Assembly: GCA_013265495.1 (NCBI GenBank)
Contig: MU057711.1
Location: forward strand, 2,306,844 to 2,370,843
Length of the DNA stretch: 64,000 bases
Direction of reading: 5' to 3'
DNA from: Vicugna vicugna
Taxonomy: Eukaryota
Part shown: positions 1 through 12,740 of the stretch, one piece after another
Position numbering within the stretch: position 1 is the stretch's first letter
Layout of the letters: each line of letters opens with the position of its first letter
Notes under the pieces: generated by a model
Databases searched by the model: none
What the model saw: only the letters and a program-made list of their open reading frames with translations
What the model was told of the DNA's origin: nothing
Translations under genes and position numbers: made by a program

Positions 1-3000
1 GGGTGGGGAAGGAAAACACAGGTGTCTTATAGGAAGTCCAGATTCCAAAGGGGAAAGTGATCTGTGCATGTTTTTTTTTTAATATTTTTGCATATATTTA
101 CCATTTTATTGTGTGTATATATAGATGACCATATAGGAAATTGATATTTGTAATAGTGGATTTGTTAATACTTTTTACATAACATTACTGTTTAAATTGT
201 AAACAGATTTTTCTCAGGATTAGTTTGAAAAATAATCTGAATTGTCATCTTAACATCCATCTATAGGGAAGTGATTAGTTCTATTACTCAGTTTGTTTCC
301 TCAGCATTGAAATGACTTAATAGAACCCTTGTGACCTGCTGCAAAAAAAAATTTTCCTCTCTAAAGAAAAGGTTATGGTGGCAAATGACGTTTATTTTAT
401 TTTGTAAAAAAAAAAAATGTACTATGTACTTTTGTGTAAACACTGAAAAATCTCTAGTCATCTCTAAGAATTAACTTGCGACTGTTTTCTATAGTGCTGT
501 CGTCTTGGGCAATGGGCAATTACATGACTTTGTGTTTGTTTCCTTTGCAGTCTTTTTTTTTTTTTTCTTTTTTTTTTCCTTCCTAATAGGGGAAAAAAAG
601 GCCACCCGCGTCTGGTCCCATTCCTGTTGCAGTAAAACCTCGAGTTCCACAGACTTTGCATGCTGGCTCCTCTAACCCTGTGTGCTGCGTGTGCTTGTTT
701 TTCTCATCTCTTACTCTTTTTTAAATTCATGCTTACCTACTGTGGGACAGAATAACTGTAAACAGCTTTAATTAAATCATACTTATAAAAAAACTATTTT
801 CTTATACTCCACTTTATGCTTTTGGTATTGTTGATCTTTAAAAATTAAATGGTCTTTGATAATGGATCTATTTTGTATTGCCTTATTAAGACCAAATACT
901 TCTTGTCATCCCATTCTTTATCCTCTCCTTTCATGGAATTGTTATCTTTAATTAAAACTTTTTTAAACATTGGCTTGTTTCAATCAACTGTAAATTTTGG
1001 TTGTGGTCAGCTTTGAGTGCAAATGAGATGTATTCTGTTATTCATCATCACATGTTGAGTTTGAAACTCAGTTGGGAATATTTAATATAATGTAAGAGGC
1101 ATTTCTGAAAAATGCTTTCTTTCAAGGTGAACGCTCTTATGTTTAGCATCAGTGTGTGTGGCTCTGTTAATTACAGCCATTTCTGAGATGAGATTCTTTT
1201 TTATATATATACATATGAAGTACTATTGGCTTTTAGGAATTTCTTTTATATACATTTATGAAATACTGAAGACCAGTCAGACCACTAATGGACACTTAGT
1301 GCAAGTTTTTTAAAGAAAATAATGCTAAAGTAAGACCAAAACTGGTGTCATCACTAAAATTAACAGTTTTCAATCTGTTCGTATTTTAATTCACAACGGA
1401 AAAATGTGTTCCAAAACTGGAAATTCATAATACTTGTGTAAACCGTGGAAGATTTTAAATGTGATGTTATTTTGATGATGTTTTAAATTTTAGAAGTCAC
1501 ATTTTATTCTGATCAGAATTTTTATCAAGATGTTGAGCTTTTGTTTTTTGAAACTAGTTTGTCATAACATGTTGTGCGTAATCACCGTATTTATTTTCTA
1601 GGACTATTGTGGAATGTGTAGACTTATGTTTACTGCTAAGGGAACAATTATTTATAAAGTAATATTAAATCCAGTATTAGCTGCCTATTTCAGACACTTA
1701 ATACCTACAGAGATCCATGTTACATTTACCACACTGAAGTTTTGGTTTTTTTTTAAAGAATCACCCTCATTGTTGAAAGTAAATGTGCCCTTAGGGTACA
1801 GATATTAGTGTTCCAATAAGCATGTGATTATATTAAGGTGGTGGTAGCGGGAAGATAATCTTGATTCCATTGGGAATCTTAGGTATTCGTAAATTTATTG
1901 GGAAAATAGTTTTTCCTGTATTTTGACGTTTCTTTTTGGTAAACAGTATCTTTCTAAAAGAAAAAGCATGAAGGAGAAATTGAGGTGTGTACATTTCCTC
2001 AAATGACCAGCATTGTATTCGTGAATACTGTGTATCTTGCAATGAACAGTGTGAAAGCTGTTCATTTTTCAATCTGAAGTAAAATACTTTCAAGAACTTT
2101 TAGTTTGCCTGCTCATTTGTTTTGTACATTTCATCTCTGTATTTGACTCCTGTCTTTTTTCTTTTTTGAGTTTTAATACTTTATAAAGATTTTGTGACTA
2201 TGTCAGAAACGTGTCATTTAAATATTGTAGTCCATCCATATCCATGAATCATAACCTTCCTTTGCTAGTACTTGTAGAGTGGGATTTTACAAATTCTGCC
2301 TGACTGTGATGGCGTTTCTCTGGCGGTCATGTATGTGTACCTGGTTGGTGTGGAAACTCCTTAAAAAAGTGATAATAAACTTTCTTAGAGGTGCTGATGG
2401 GTTGAAGAGGTATCAGCACAGAACCTGTGTGGTTATGCTTTGATGATAAAGGTAAATGCATTTTTTCCTCCAAGTTTTAAGGTGTCTGTGAAGGTGCACG
2501 GTTTTTAGTGTCTTTGATTTGTTTGGAGATGTTGTGTTATGGTTTTCAAATCTAGCTTTGATCTGTGAGAGCTACTGGTTTTACATGTAGTTGCCCTCTG
2601 GTCTTCAACAGTTGATCATATTATATTTTTGTCCTGTTCTGAGTGTTTTACCTTTACTGGTATCTTGAGTTTCTCATTAATATTTAGGTTATTTGCTTTG
2701 GCTCCAGATATTCACGGATAAAGTCTTCACAGAACAAAACATGTGCGGTAGGGAGAGCATTTTTATTAGTCTTTTTCCTCTGGAGTCTTATATCTCCATG
2801 TGTTTGCTTTTCATCCCCTCCCCCCACATGGTAAGTGTGCACTGTGTTTGCTTTAACCCATGGTTAAGTGTTTGGGGTTTCTGACCTATAGGTGAGTCAC
2901 AGGACAGTATGACTGCTCAGAGCTGCAGGACCCTATTCTGTGACATACATTCATTGCAAAGACCTCCCCAGGGACTAGGGTGTACTTATCTAGGTGGCTC

Positions 3001-5460
3001 TGTAGAAATCCCTAGAAATCACCATTATTGGGTATTATTGATAAGTTTTGCTGATTTTTTCTTTACTGTTCGTGATGCATCTTCTCAATTTAATATTGAT
3101 CTATGCAGTTTGAAACAGATCAGTTCCTTCAGTTATTAAATCCTATTGATTTCTTAGTGTTTCAGTCACTAACTAGGAATGTTGATAGGAAATTAGTTGC
3201 TTCTCAATTAACTTTTCAAACATTAAATGGTAAAGTTTAAAAAGTTATTCCCAATTTTGCTGTGATCGATATTAAAATATTAAAAATAACAGAAGAGTTT
3301 ATGCTCATCAGTTTTTGCTCTCATTAAACTGAATTAGTGAAAAGCAACATTCTCATAAAGTGTTTTGCGAGCAAAACATTCTATAAATGATGCTGTTGAA
3401 CTTCATTGAGTAGGAAAGTTATATTTAATAGTTCTCTTTACCCTGATTTTCATCATGGACATAGCTCGTCTAGCGAAATATGTAAGAACAAGGTAGCATT
3501 GAAGTGGGGACAGAAGTATAGGCGAGTCCTCGGAAGCGGTGTCTTCTCGCCTCGGCTTCCAGACCTCAGGACGCTTTAACTGCCTGCCATTTTGTCACAA
3601 CATTTATGGGCAGGCTAAACGTTAAAGAACAGATTTTAATATGCTACTTGATATTTAACATAACTAAGAAACAAGCCACATTTACCACAGAGGTTATTTG
3701 CATGACCTGTAAACTCTACATAACCCAGAAGCCTTTTTCTCAACTATCTTTTGAGCTGTCTTGACTTTACACCTTAAGCAACTTTTTTTTTCCATCAAAG
3801 TTAGTGAACTAAATATCTGTATAAGTTGAATGCTGACAAAATGACTAATCCGAGGAATCGCTTTTAAAGTCCGCTGATCTGTTTGATCTCCAGAGTTAAA
3901 TACTTAAGGATGGTTTTTAGCTAATAAACTGCAAATGTGCTAATGTTTGTTTTACCCATGTCAGGTTGGTTTTTTGTTTTTAATTTTTTCAGTATTTGGC
4001 TTTTCCTTTTTTCTGCTTGAGCATGGGCCTTAGTAAGTTTAGCCCAGTCTACTAGCCTGAAGGAGGTAACACTTTTAAGAAAGAGGTTAAACCAGAGAGC
4101 TGGAGACAGCGTATCCCCTTTGACGCCTATAAACGAGGTGTTTTCGGGATTTACTGAGAGCAACGTTAGCTATGTGAGTAAGAACAGGCACTGACACGGA
4201 AGTCAGCTGTTCTCCTGTTTTGTGTATGTCAGCGCAGCGCGTGTTTATTGGTGTTTGCACATCATCTTAGTTTTGCATTTTAATTGAAGTCCTCTTGGGT
4301 CCACACAGCTGTGGCTACTTGTCACTGCAACGACTTCTTCGTGGCCTGATTACAGGGAAGGTCTCCACTAAGGAAACGGTCTGGATGGATTTGTTAGGAG
4401 TGGTGTTGTACCTTACAGATGCTGTGGTAATAAGAGGCTATGAAGTAAACAGGCTGGTAGTTCCCGCCCTGGCCGGGTGGGTGGGAAGAGAAGAAACAGG
4501 CCTAGGAGAAGTGTTCCCTAACGCTTGGTGAGATTTAGTCCCTGTCTCATGGATTTGTCAGCCATACCTTTTAAAAAGAGTGAGATTTTAGGTTATCAGC
4601 CACATTTTTTGAGTTTAAGTGTATCTTCACCTTTCCACTTGGGTTCTTGCAATTCATAGCTGTTCCCGAAATCATTTCATTATTACCTTTTATTTGGTTG
4701 CAACTTACAGTATGTCTCTTTGTCCCTAAACTTAATCTCCGAAATTTAAGATCCCCCCCCCCTCTGGTTTTAAAAGTTTTCAGTTACTTTTTTAAAAAAA
4801 GTCTTTTGAAAGTCATGTGATCCTAAAACAATTCAACGACTTGTTGCAAATATCAGAGACTTCACACTGTACTCAGTACTAAAAAGCACCATCTTATGGT
4901 CGTTAAAAGCGGAAAAGTTAGGTGACAGCCAGTGCCGTTTCTGGATGTGAAATGTGAAGGACTGTTGAGATAAACATTTTTTAGTGGAATATACATAGAT
5001 ACATATGTTTAGAAGTGTAATAACCCAGTGTTTGTTTTAAATAACCTTTTTATTTATTTCCTTCTTTGATTAGCATTGCCTTCTGTGTTAAGAAATGCGG
5101 ACTCCTGTGAGGTGCTGGAGGTTTGAATCATCTTGAAAGCTTTCCAATCTTGTCTAGTTACCGCTGCAGAGGCACTAAGGAATTTACCAGAAAAAAGAGA
5201 TTTGATACAAATGATTTATGAAATCTCAACATTTCCTGAGGTCATATCACTGGGCACCAGTTACCAATGCTGTGAATGAATTGCACACCTGGAAGCTTTT
5301 TTTATTTTTTTTTAAGCTAACGATTTCTTCAAAGATGTCAATTGTTTGCCTTGAAAATTTTATAAATTGCATTTCTACGTACATCTGCCCCCAGTGCTTA
5401 CCATTGGGTTTATTATTCATAATCTGCAGTTTAATAAAGGCTTTGTGCTTTGATTTATCT
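1..5460 (+). other. TENT4B: Long terminal 3' UTR of the upstream gene, probably TENT4B (PAPD5); no CDS in window
   Basis: Very AT/U-rich and repeat-poor, with no credible ORF. Contains a Pumilio element TGTATATA at 114-121 and ends at AATAAA 5433-5438 followed by GT/T-rich sequence. Identity is inferred from the conserved mammalian gene order TENT4B-ADCY7 on the same strand. Confidence 0.7.
5433..5438 (+). terminator. Canonical polyadenylation signal (second AATAAA at 5513-5518)
   Basis: AATAAA followed by ggctttgtgctttgattt (GU/U-rich downstream element) at the end of the UTR-like block. Confidence 0.7.
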
Positions 5461-8148
5461 TCAAACCCTCTGGTATGAGCCTTTATGTAAAATTTGAATG
5501 ACTACTTAAAAAAATAAAAAGTATCTTGTAATTCTAAGGACAGCCCTATTTAGACTGATAGAGGTTTTCTTGTACCTATATGGAGAGCGTTCCTGTGGGT
5601 TTTCTTCCTTTTTAATGCCAGCAGTGGAGTGGGAGATAGCTTTAAGATTTATTTATTTTTTTTGCCAAAGACATCCTTTTGGCCTCCCCACTGCCAGTGT
5701 GAGACTGTGGAAACCGGCTCCCTGGAATTTGGTTATTTGCGAGTACCAACCCAGTTTTATCCTTTGCTTTAATGTAAGAGGTTGTGCTCGCTTTACTAAG
5801 AAATTGAGATACCTTACCTTCTGTTCATGGAGCAGGTTACACAGACTGCTGCAATAGAGCAATGAAAATGTTGGTTCTCCAAAGAACAGAGAGAAGCAGG
5901 GTTAATAATCAAGTGCAACTAAAGCATGTTTTCAGAATTCTCACTCAGGGAGCTGAACCGGCAGTCCTATGGCTTGGACCAATGGTGCTTGCCTGGGACG
6001 CAACTGAATGGTGGGGAAAACCCCAGATAGTTTGCTTCTGGATAATTACAAGCATGGTTTCGGGTGAAGAGCAGCTAGACAGTCTGTAGATAACTGGCTG
6101 GTAAAACCAGCCTGCCCACTCCAGCCCGATTTCTCCTGCCTACCTCTTACACACTTACTGGAGATGTTCTGTTTCAAAAAGCAAAAAGATAGAATCCTGT
6201 TAAATAGCATCCCAGAAATTTCTCAAATGGTAAATTAAGAAATGAACTGAATGTACAGGACAGCTTTGTCCATCTACCCAGACGCAGTGAATTTACTTAA
6301 TTTCTCAACTAATACGTGAATGTATGTTCCATTCTGAAGCAATGTAAGTAATATGTAAATATTTAAATAAGAGGAGCTAGATCCCTCCCCTCAATCCCAC
6401 TTAGCTCCCTAGAGCTAGCTGCTTTAATATCTTGGGGTGTACACTTGTAAATTTTCAGAAATGCATTTTCATACGTAAACCTATCTGTGCAAATATAATT
6501 TTAGGGGGGCTTTTCCCCGTTTACGTAAGTGGTATCTTTCTGCATTACTCTGCTACTCCTCTACCACATGGAGAGATCTCTCCACGTCAGTAGAGGTGCA
6601 GCTCTGCTTCGTTCCTTTTTATGATGCTGACTTCTGCTTGCAAGTGGCTGTGGTAAATTCACACGTCAGATACCCCAAGGCCTTATAAGCTAATAAGCAC
6701 TTATGAAACATCCAGCACTTTTCAGCTCAACTTGAATAGGGGTTTTTTATAAAGTATTACTATTTGATAGCTTTTACTGAGGGAAAAAAGTTTCCCCCGC
6801 TTTATCTTCTTTTGGGTGAATTTTCATGAATTGCTTTTGGATGATTTTTGCTAGGATTTAACTTATAAATGCAACATGGTCATCTGAAAGTACACTCTGC
6901 TACTTTTTCTGTATTTCCACTTTTTAAAAAATTGCCTTTGGCAAAATTGATGAAAGAATATTAGTTGCATTGATCGCTGTCCACTACCTGCCCTCTAACT
7001 TAATCTTTTAAGACCCTTCAATAATTGCAGCAACAACAACTATAAAATTCTGTCTAAAAATATCTGATCTGCCTTTAAAGTAGAATGAATCATCTGAGAG
7101 GGAACTCAGGCGAGAAAAAGAATACAGCTATTTGGGTCAAGAGAAGGCAGAAAACTGCCTTAGATTTTATTGGGAATATCCGCTGGAAAATTTTGTTAGG
7201 AAAAGAAGATGAACAGTAGCTGTGGGAAATTCCAGGCGGTGATGTCCCTAATCCTTAGGAGCGATCATTTTTTTAGGAGATTACTTCCCTTGAAATCACT
7301 TTCTCAGGCTCTCACTAAGTGATTGTGGAAAACGAGATGCTCTGTATTTACTAGGTGAGCTTAGGGATGCAACAACTTTGACTTTTAAATTGGGGCCATT
7401 GTTCGCTTTATAAGAAAAATGCTTTATAATTCTTGATTGTCTAAAAAAAATCATTTGAAAACACTGGTGAAATGAAAGTTCGCATTTTAAGACAAGAAAA
7501 ATGTAAACATAAATTTTTTTCTCTGCTCATTTGGGCCTCCTCCCTCCCCTGTAATGTACATTATGCATCTGCATTTTATGTTAATGAGACTTCCTTAATG
7601 GCAGAAATACCTGCCGAACCATAAAGATCAGTTTTTCTCCTTCTGGTGCCAGCCATGTCCTTCCTTTGAAGACAACATCCCTTTCTCAATCCTGTGAAGG
7701 ATCACAATAACCTTGTACGTGCAGATGTCTTTGGTGAATTTAATGTACAATGCCAATACAGCATGTTCCGTAAAGACAGTGATTGGTGCAGAGCAGACTG
7801 GGCAGTTGACCTGGGGAGATACTGGGCTGCACCTAATGGAAGTTCCTTAATATTTATGACTTTATTCATGTTACTAGCTATATTACTTATATTCTGCCTA
7901 TTTTACAAGATTATTGTTTCTTGCAATACCAAATGTGTGACTGAGCCTCAGATAAAATTGATGATGATTTAGGCAACTTGAAACAATCGATCGAATATAT
8001 AGTTCTATAAGATAGTGATTATAATAGTGTAACTCTAGATACAGGACGAAGCAACAAGAGGGAACCACTTCGTGGACCGTAACAGACTAGTGAGACTAGT
8101 GGTCCAGAGGTTCTGGCTACTGTTAACTGTCCAGTAACATGAGTGGCC

Positions 8149-8701
8149 TGTCAATGAAATCCTCGCTTGACCTGGGGATGAGCATTCTTAGCGCCATGGG
8201 ACAAATTGGTTATGAAATGCCTCCCAAACCTTGGTCAAAATTAAGACCGAAAGGCAAGGGGTTGTAAAATAAAGAATGCTGCCCACCATCAAGTCATTAG
8301 GTACTGCGGCTGCTGAGCTCCATTACACCCGAAAGGAGCTCAGGGTGAGGATCAGGACGAGGCACACTGTGCTCTGGGAAAACTGACAGCCTGGCCCTCA
8401 GATAGATATTTTCAGGGGAAAAGTTTATGAACCCGGTTTCTTCCATTTTCCCATGCTTAGAAAACCATGAACTAAGATGTTTGCTCCTCATGGCCAGCAG
8501 CAACCTTCTATCAAGATGTGTGCTTGAGTGCACATAGCCCCTTCGCCAGAATCGCATATAAACTGACCGCCCCCCTTGCCTCTTCAGAAGAGTTCCCAGA
8601 GCTCTCTGAGAGGATGTCCACTGGGTTATAATCTTCAGTTTGGCGCGAATAAAATTTACCATTTCTTTCTTAGATTGATTATTAATTTTTTTTTGTCAAC
8701 A
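8149..8701 (+). mobile_element. Solo ERV-type LTR (5' boundary uncertain, 8149 or ~8263)
   Basis: U3-R-U5 layout: TATAAA 8557-8562, AATAAA 8648-8653, ends ...GTCAACA at 8701. Candidate TGT starts lie upstream; no clean TSD found. Confidence 0.6.
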
Positions 8702-9269
8702 ATCCAAACTAATATGGGAAATAATCTGGGAAATGCCCTAAATTTATGTTAAGTGTGTTTCTGAAGCAAGTAACTACTATTTGAAAACAAGATTAAAATG
8801 TTGAAGAGAAGCCCATTAGAGATAAAAATGTTGGTGTTTAATGCCAACATTAAAATAAAAGGAGAGAGTTAAAGGTATCAAGTGGCCTAATCAAATGGTG
8901 TATCAATTTTCAAAAGAGCCATTGCTAAATATGGGTTGCAAACCACTTTCGTACTTCAATCACTCAGCAGCTATCTTCAGGAATGTGACTTTGTGCAAGC
9001 ACTCAAAGTAGCTGAAACGTTATCTTCACGCATCTATGTTTTTTAAAATCCAATTCAAGAAAAATGCTTTCATCTAAGTAGGCAAGACATCTCCACAGGG
9101 AGACCCAAGTGATGGGAAAAAGGTGACCCAGAACAGCCTGTGCAGACAGGGGTGCAAAGCGGCCAGGCCGGCACAAGGGGACCCTGGGGAATCCGGCTGG
9201 GCCCTGTCAAGAAAGTGCAAAGCAGGTGGATGGAGGAGAACAGCAGTTTTGTTATAGTTTAAAACCAAG

Positions 9270-11390
9270 TTCTCTCCCCTTCCCTTCCTCTGCTTTCTCC
9301 CTATCCACTCCCGACTTTTGGTGGGTTTTTTTGGGAGGGGTGGAGGGGGCGTGGAGAGTTTACCTCCATGTCTCTAAATAATATACCTCTAATGCCACTT
9401 CTTGACTTTTTTGTTCTTGAAATTATTTTTTTTTTTTGGTCTTGAAATTATGTGTTGACTTCCCACCACCCCTGACCTTCTGTGCCCCGAGTTCCCAACA
9501 CAGTTGTACTGGATTTTGTTTAGAATGATACACAGTGGTTATTTTACTGTGACTGTGTACATGCTGTTCTTACCCATTCAGCTGTATGCTGAAATATGAC
9601 TCCTGTTTCTGCATCTTTTGTGGGGGGCTTTTTTGGAGTTTTTTGTTTTTAGTTTTCCATGTGAAGTCACCCCAAACTCTGCCAATTTTCTAAGCCACCT
9701 CAAACACTCGGATGGGTTAGTTATTTTATCCCTTTTGTCTTTTCACACGTGTCTCTCCTGCAGTTTCTGGCCAGCTGTGCCTGTACACATGTCACCCTGG
9801 TCTCTGCAGCCTCCACCTGGATGTTCCCTTCATGTATCCCGTGTTTAAACTCTCTCCTTTCATCAGCGCACATCACCCAGTAGCTTCCTGAGAAAGGGTG
9901 CATGGCCAGTACACATCTGAAAATGTCTTTGTTCTTCATTTATGCTCAACTGATAGTTTAGCTGGGTATAGAATTCTGGGTTGGGAAATATTTTCCTTTC
10001 CAAATTTGAAAACATTTCTTCATCACTCCCGTTGTTGTTATGAGAAAAGCTAGTGTAACTTTTTCTTTCTTTCTTTCTTGAAATGTTTAGGATCTTTGAT
10101 TCCTAATGGTCTAAAATTTCACTACTATTGAAAGTAAGTGGTTCTGTTTCTGTCTGTTATACTGGGCACTAGATGGTAGAGACCCTTCCGATCTGGAACT
10201 GCATTGCATAGCCTTTATGACTGGGAAATCTTGAATTCTTATTTTTATTTTCCACCTTTCTGTTTTCTCAGGACCTCCACAATTATTCAGATATTGGGTC
10301 TCCTGGACCAATCTCTTGCTTTCTTATCTCTTCTTCCCTATTTTCCACTCTGACTTTTTATTCAATTTTATTTTCCAACTCTTCTGTTGGCTTTTCATTT
10401 CTGCTATCATGTTTTTCATGAGTTTCTTTTTTTTTCTTCTGTCCTTAGATGTTCCTTGTTAGAAATAGTATCCTGTTTGATTTCATGGTTGTATTTTTTG
10501 AATCTCTAAAGATATTAATATTATTAACAGTTTTTGTCTGGTTGTGTAGACTCTGTGAACTCTTGTTCCCCATTTCTTGTCTTGTTTTTTGGGTTAGAGG
10601 CTTTCCTTGGACTCCTGGTGTTTTCTGGTTGCCTGCACATGTGTACGAATGGGACCTAACAAGCTCGTGGGATGCTCTGGACTCAGGGTGGCAGCCAGCT
10701 GTGTGCTTCTCTCAGGGTGATCAGACTTGGTTGGGGGGAGGAGAGGATCTTCAGGGATTCCTCAGAGAATCCCTCCAGCCTGGGAATAAAGGTCTGGCTG
10801 CAACATCCTGGGAGCTGGCTGAGTCCCCGGGGAAGAGGGCTGGCTTGGGGGTGTGGGTAGGGTATGTCTCAGCTTCCTGTATAAATCTGCCTTTTAAATT
10901 CCTCTTTTCCTACAGCTGGGCTTGGTGTGGTCTAATCCAGAGACTCTCTATTCTAGCTTTTCCAGAGAAAAACCCTTTAGCTTCTGCTTGGGTGGGGATG
11001 GGCATTTACTCAGCTGGGTGGTGGTGGTGAGGGATGGGGGAGAAGTGGCACTCTTAACTGCATCTTAGGTTTCCAACCTACCTCCTTTCCTTGAGCTCTA
11101 CCCTGCTTCCTGTGATACCTGGCACTTCGCCTTTCTCAGACTTTGGAGCTTACTCCAGTGTAACTGGCACTGAGTCTTAGTTTTCCCAGCTGTCAGTGAA
11201 GGATTCAGTTTCTTCTGTCTGCCAAGTCAGTACCACTGGTCCACTTGCCTTCCACCATCCAAATTCGTATTGCTTACTTCCCCTTTCATTTTCTCCATTC
11301 TTCAGTCCTTAAAAAAGTCCTTTCATTGCTGTTTTAGTGGCTTTAAGGAGGCAGCAGCAATAGATGACGGGTTCATACACCATCTTTTCT
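9270..11390 (-). mobile_element. Old, decayed LINE-1 (L1ME-like) remnants
   Basis: T-rich antisense L1-like text such as gggtatagaattctgggttgg and ggatctttgattcctaatgg; boundaries approximate. Confidence 0.5.
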
Positions 11391-11397
11391 GGACAGT

Positions 11398-11472
11398 TAT
11401 TTTTTCCCGTTTCATTGAGCTATGACTGACATACAGCACTGTGTAAGTTTAAGGTGTATGGCATGATTTGCT
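11398..11472 (-). mobile_element. Short L1 3'-end fragment (L1MA9-like)
   Basis: T-tract followed by ttcattgagctatgactgacatacagcactgtgtaagtttaaggtgta, typical of an antisense L1MA 3' terminus. Confidence 0.55.
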
Positions 11473-12569
11473 TTGGCGAGTTTTCTAATGTAAAATTGGG
11501 TTGCCAGGGAGAAGGATGTAGAAAGAGTAAGCCCCAAACATTGAGAACAAATCAATCTCAGGGAGTGGCATGAAGGAGAGGAGAGAGTTCCAGTCCTTCA
11601 CATCTTTGGATTGTTTCATTTTTATACTGTGATACATGTATTCCCTTTCTAACATCCACAGCTGCATAGCCCGTCCACAGGTACTCACATGGCATCTGTC
11701 CAAGCAAGGCACTGCTGGAGGGAGTGAGGGCAAGGAGGAAGCTCCTTCTTCCCCAGGGGTAAGGAATAAGGACCACCTGGCTGGGAAGGCTAGCGCTGCG
11801 CCACGCGGCGATGAGCGAAGAAGTTGTAAACCTCAGGACTGAAGCCTCGGGAAGCTTGTATGCTGCCCTGCTTAGCCGGCTAAAGAGAAGGGTTGAGTTC
11901 ACTGAGATGAGCGAATCATAGCTTCTGTTGTGGTGATTTATTTTAGATTTTTGAATCTTCTCCCTACACAAGTGAAACAAGGCCCCTGAACTGCTGCCTA
12001 TCACAGAAATCCATTCAGGCAACAACTGCTGATCATTCTCCAGCAGCACACGCTGGCCCTCCGTGGGGGACGCTGCCCCTCGGGCGGTTAACAAGGGAGT
12101 CTTCAGGCAAACGTGCTCTGGAGGTTTTCAACACAGTGGATGATGAACCTCACAAACATACTAGGTGTGGACATTTGGAGAGTCCCCTCACCCGGATAGA
12201 GACAAACCTTTAACTGCAGCACTTCAGTGTGGATCTGATTTCCTATACAGTCTTCTCCACTCCAAACCCGTACTAAAATATCTTCTTTTACAAGGTTTGT
12301 CTTCATACACAAAGATCTTTAAACTTTGGGTTGGCTGTTGATGTTAATGCTGTTGTTTCAGTCTGGTGTGAGGTGCTATCTATTAGTTTTGCCTCAGTGG
12401 TAGCCAATTCATCCGACACTATGCATTGAAGTCACTCCTTTGGTATTGATTTCAAATGCCATCCTTGTCACTAACTAAACTCACTTGGGCTTTTTGGTAA
12501 CGCATGTTCGCAGACCCACCCCAGGATCAGACTATTTGGGAGTAGGATCCAACCATACCTGGAGACCAG

Positions 12570-12740
12570 TGCCTGAGAACCAGAAGCATCCTCATCACCT
12601 GGGAGCCGGAAAGAAGGTAAAAGTCTTGGTGACCGCTCCAGACCTGCTGCTTCAGAAACTCGAAGTGGAACCCTGCGGTGTGCGTTTTCACCAGGCCTCT
12701 GGGGGGTTCTGATACTAGCTACAGTTTGAGAATCTCTGAC
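12570..12740. mobile_element. MER5-like hAT-Charlie DNA transposon remnant
   Basis: ccagacctgctgcttcagaaact...ttctgat...agtttgagaatctctg resembles the MER5A consensus. Confidence 0.55.

Noticed and set aside
10449..11030. 193-aa hydrophobic ORF
   Set aside because: Lies in T-rich antisense old L1 sequence; the hydrophobicity is a compositional artefact.
11780..12330. Balanced-composition, CpG-containing segment that might be a decayed processed pseudogene
   Set aside because: I recognised no parent protein in any frame and saw no poly(A) tail or TSD; a BLASTN/tBLASTx hit would be needed.
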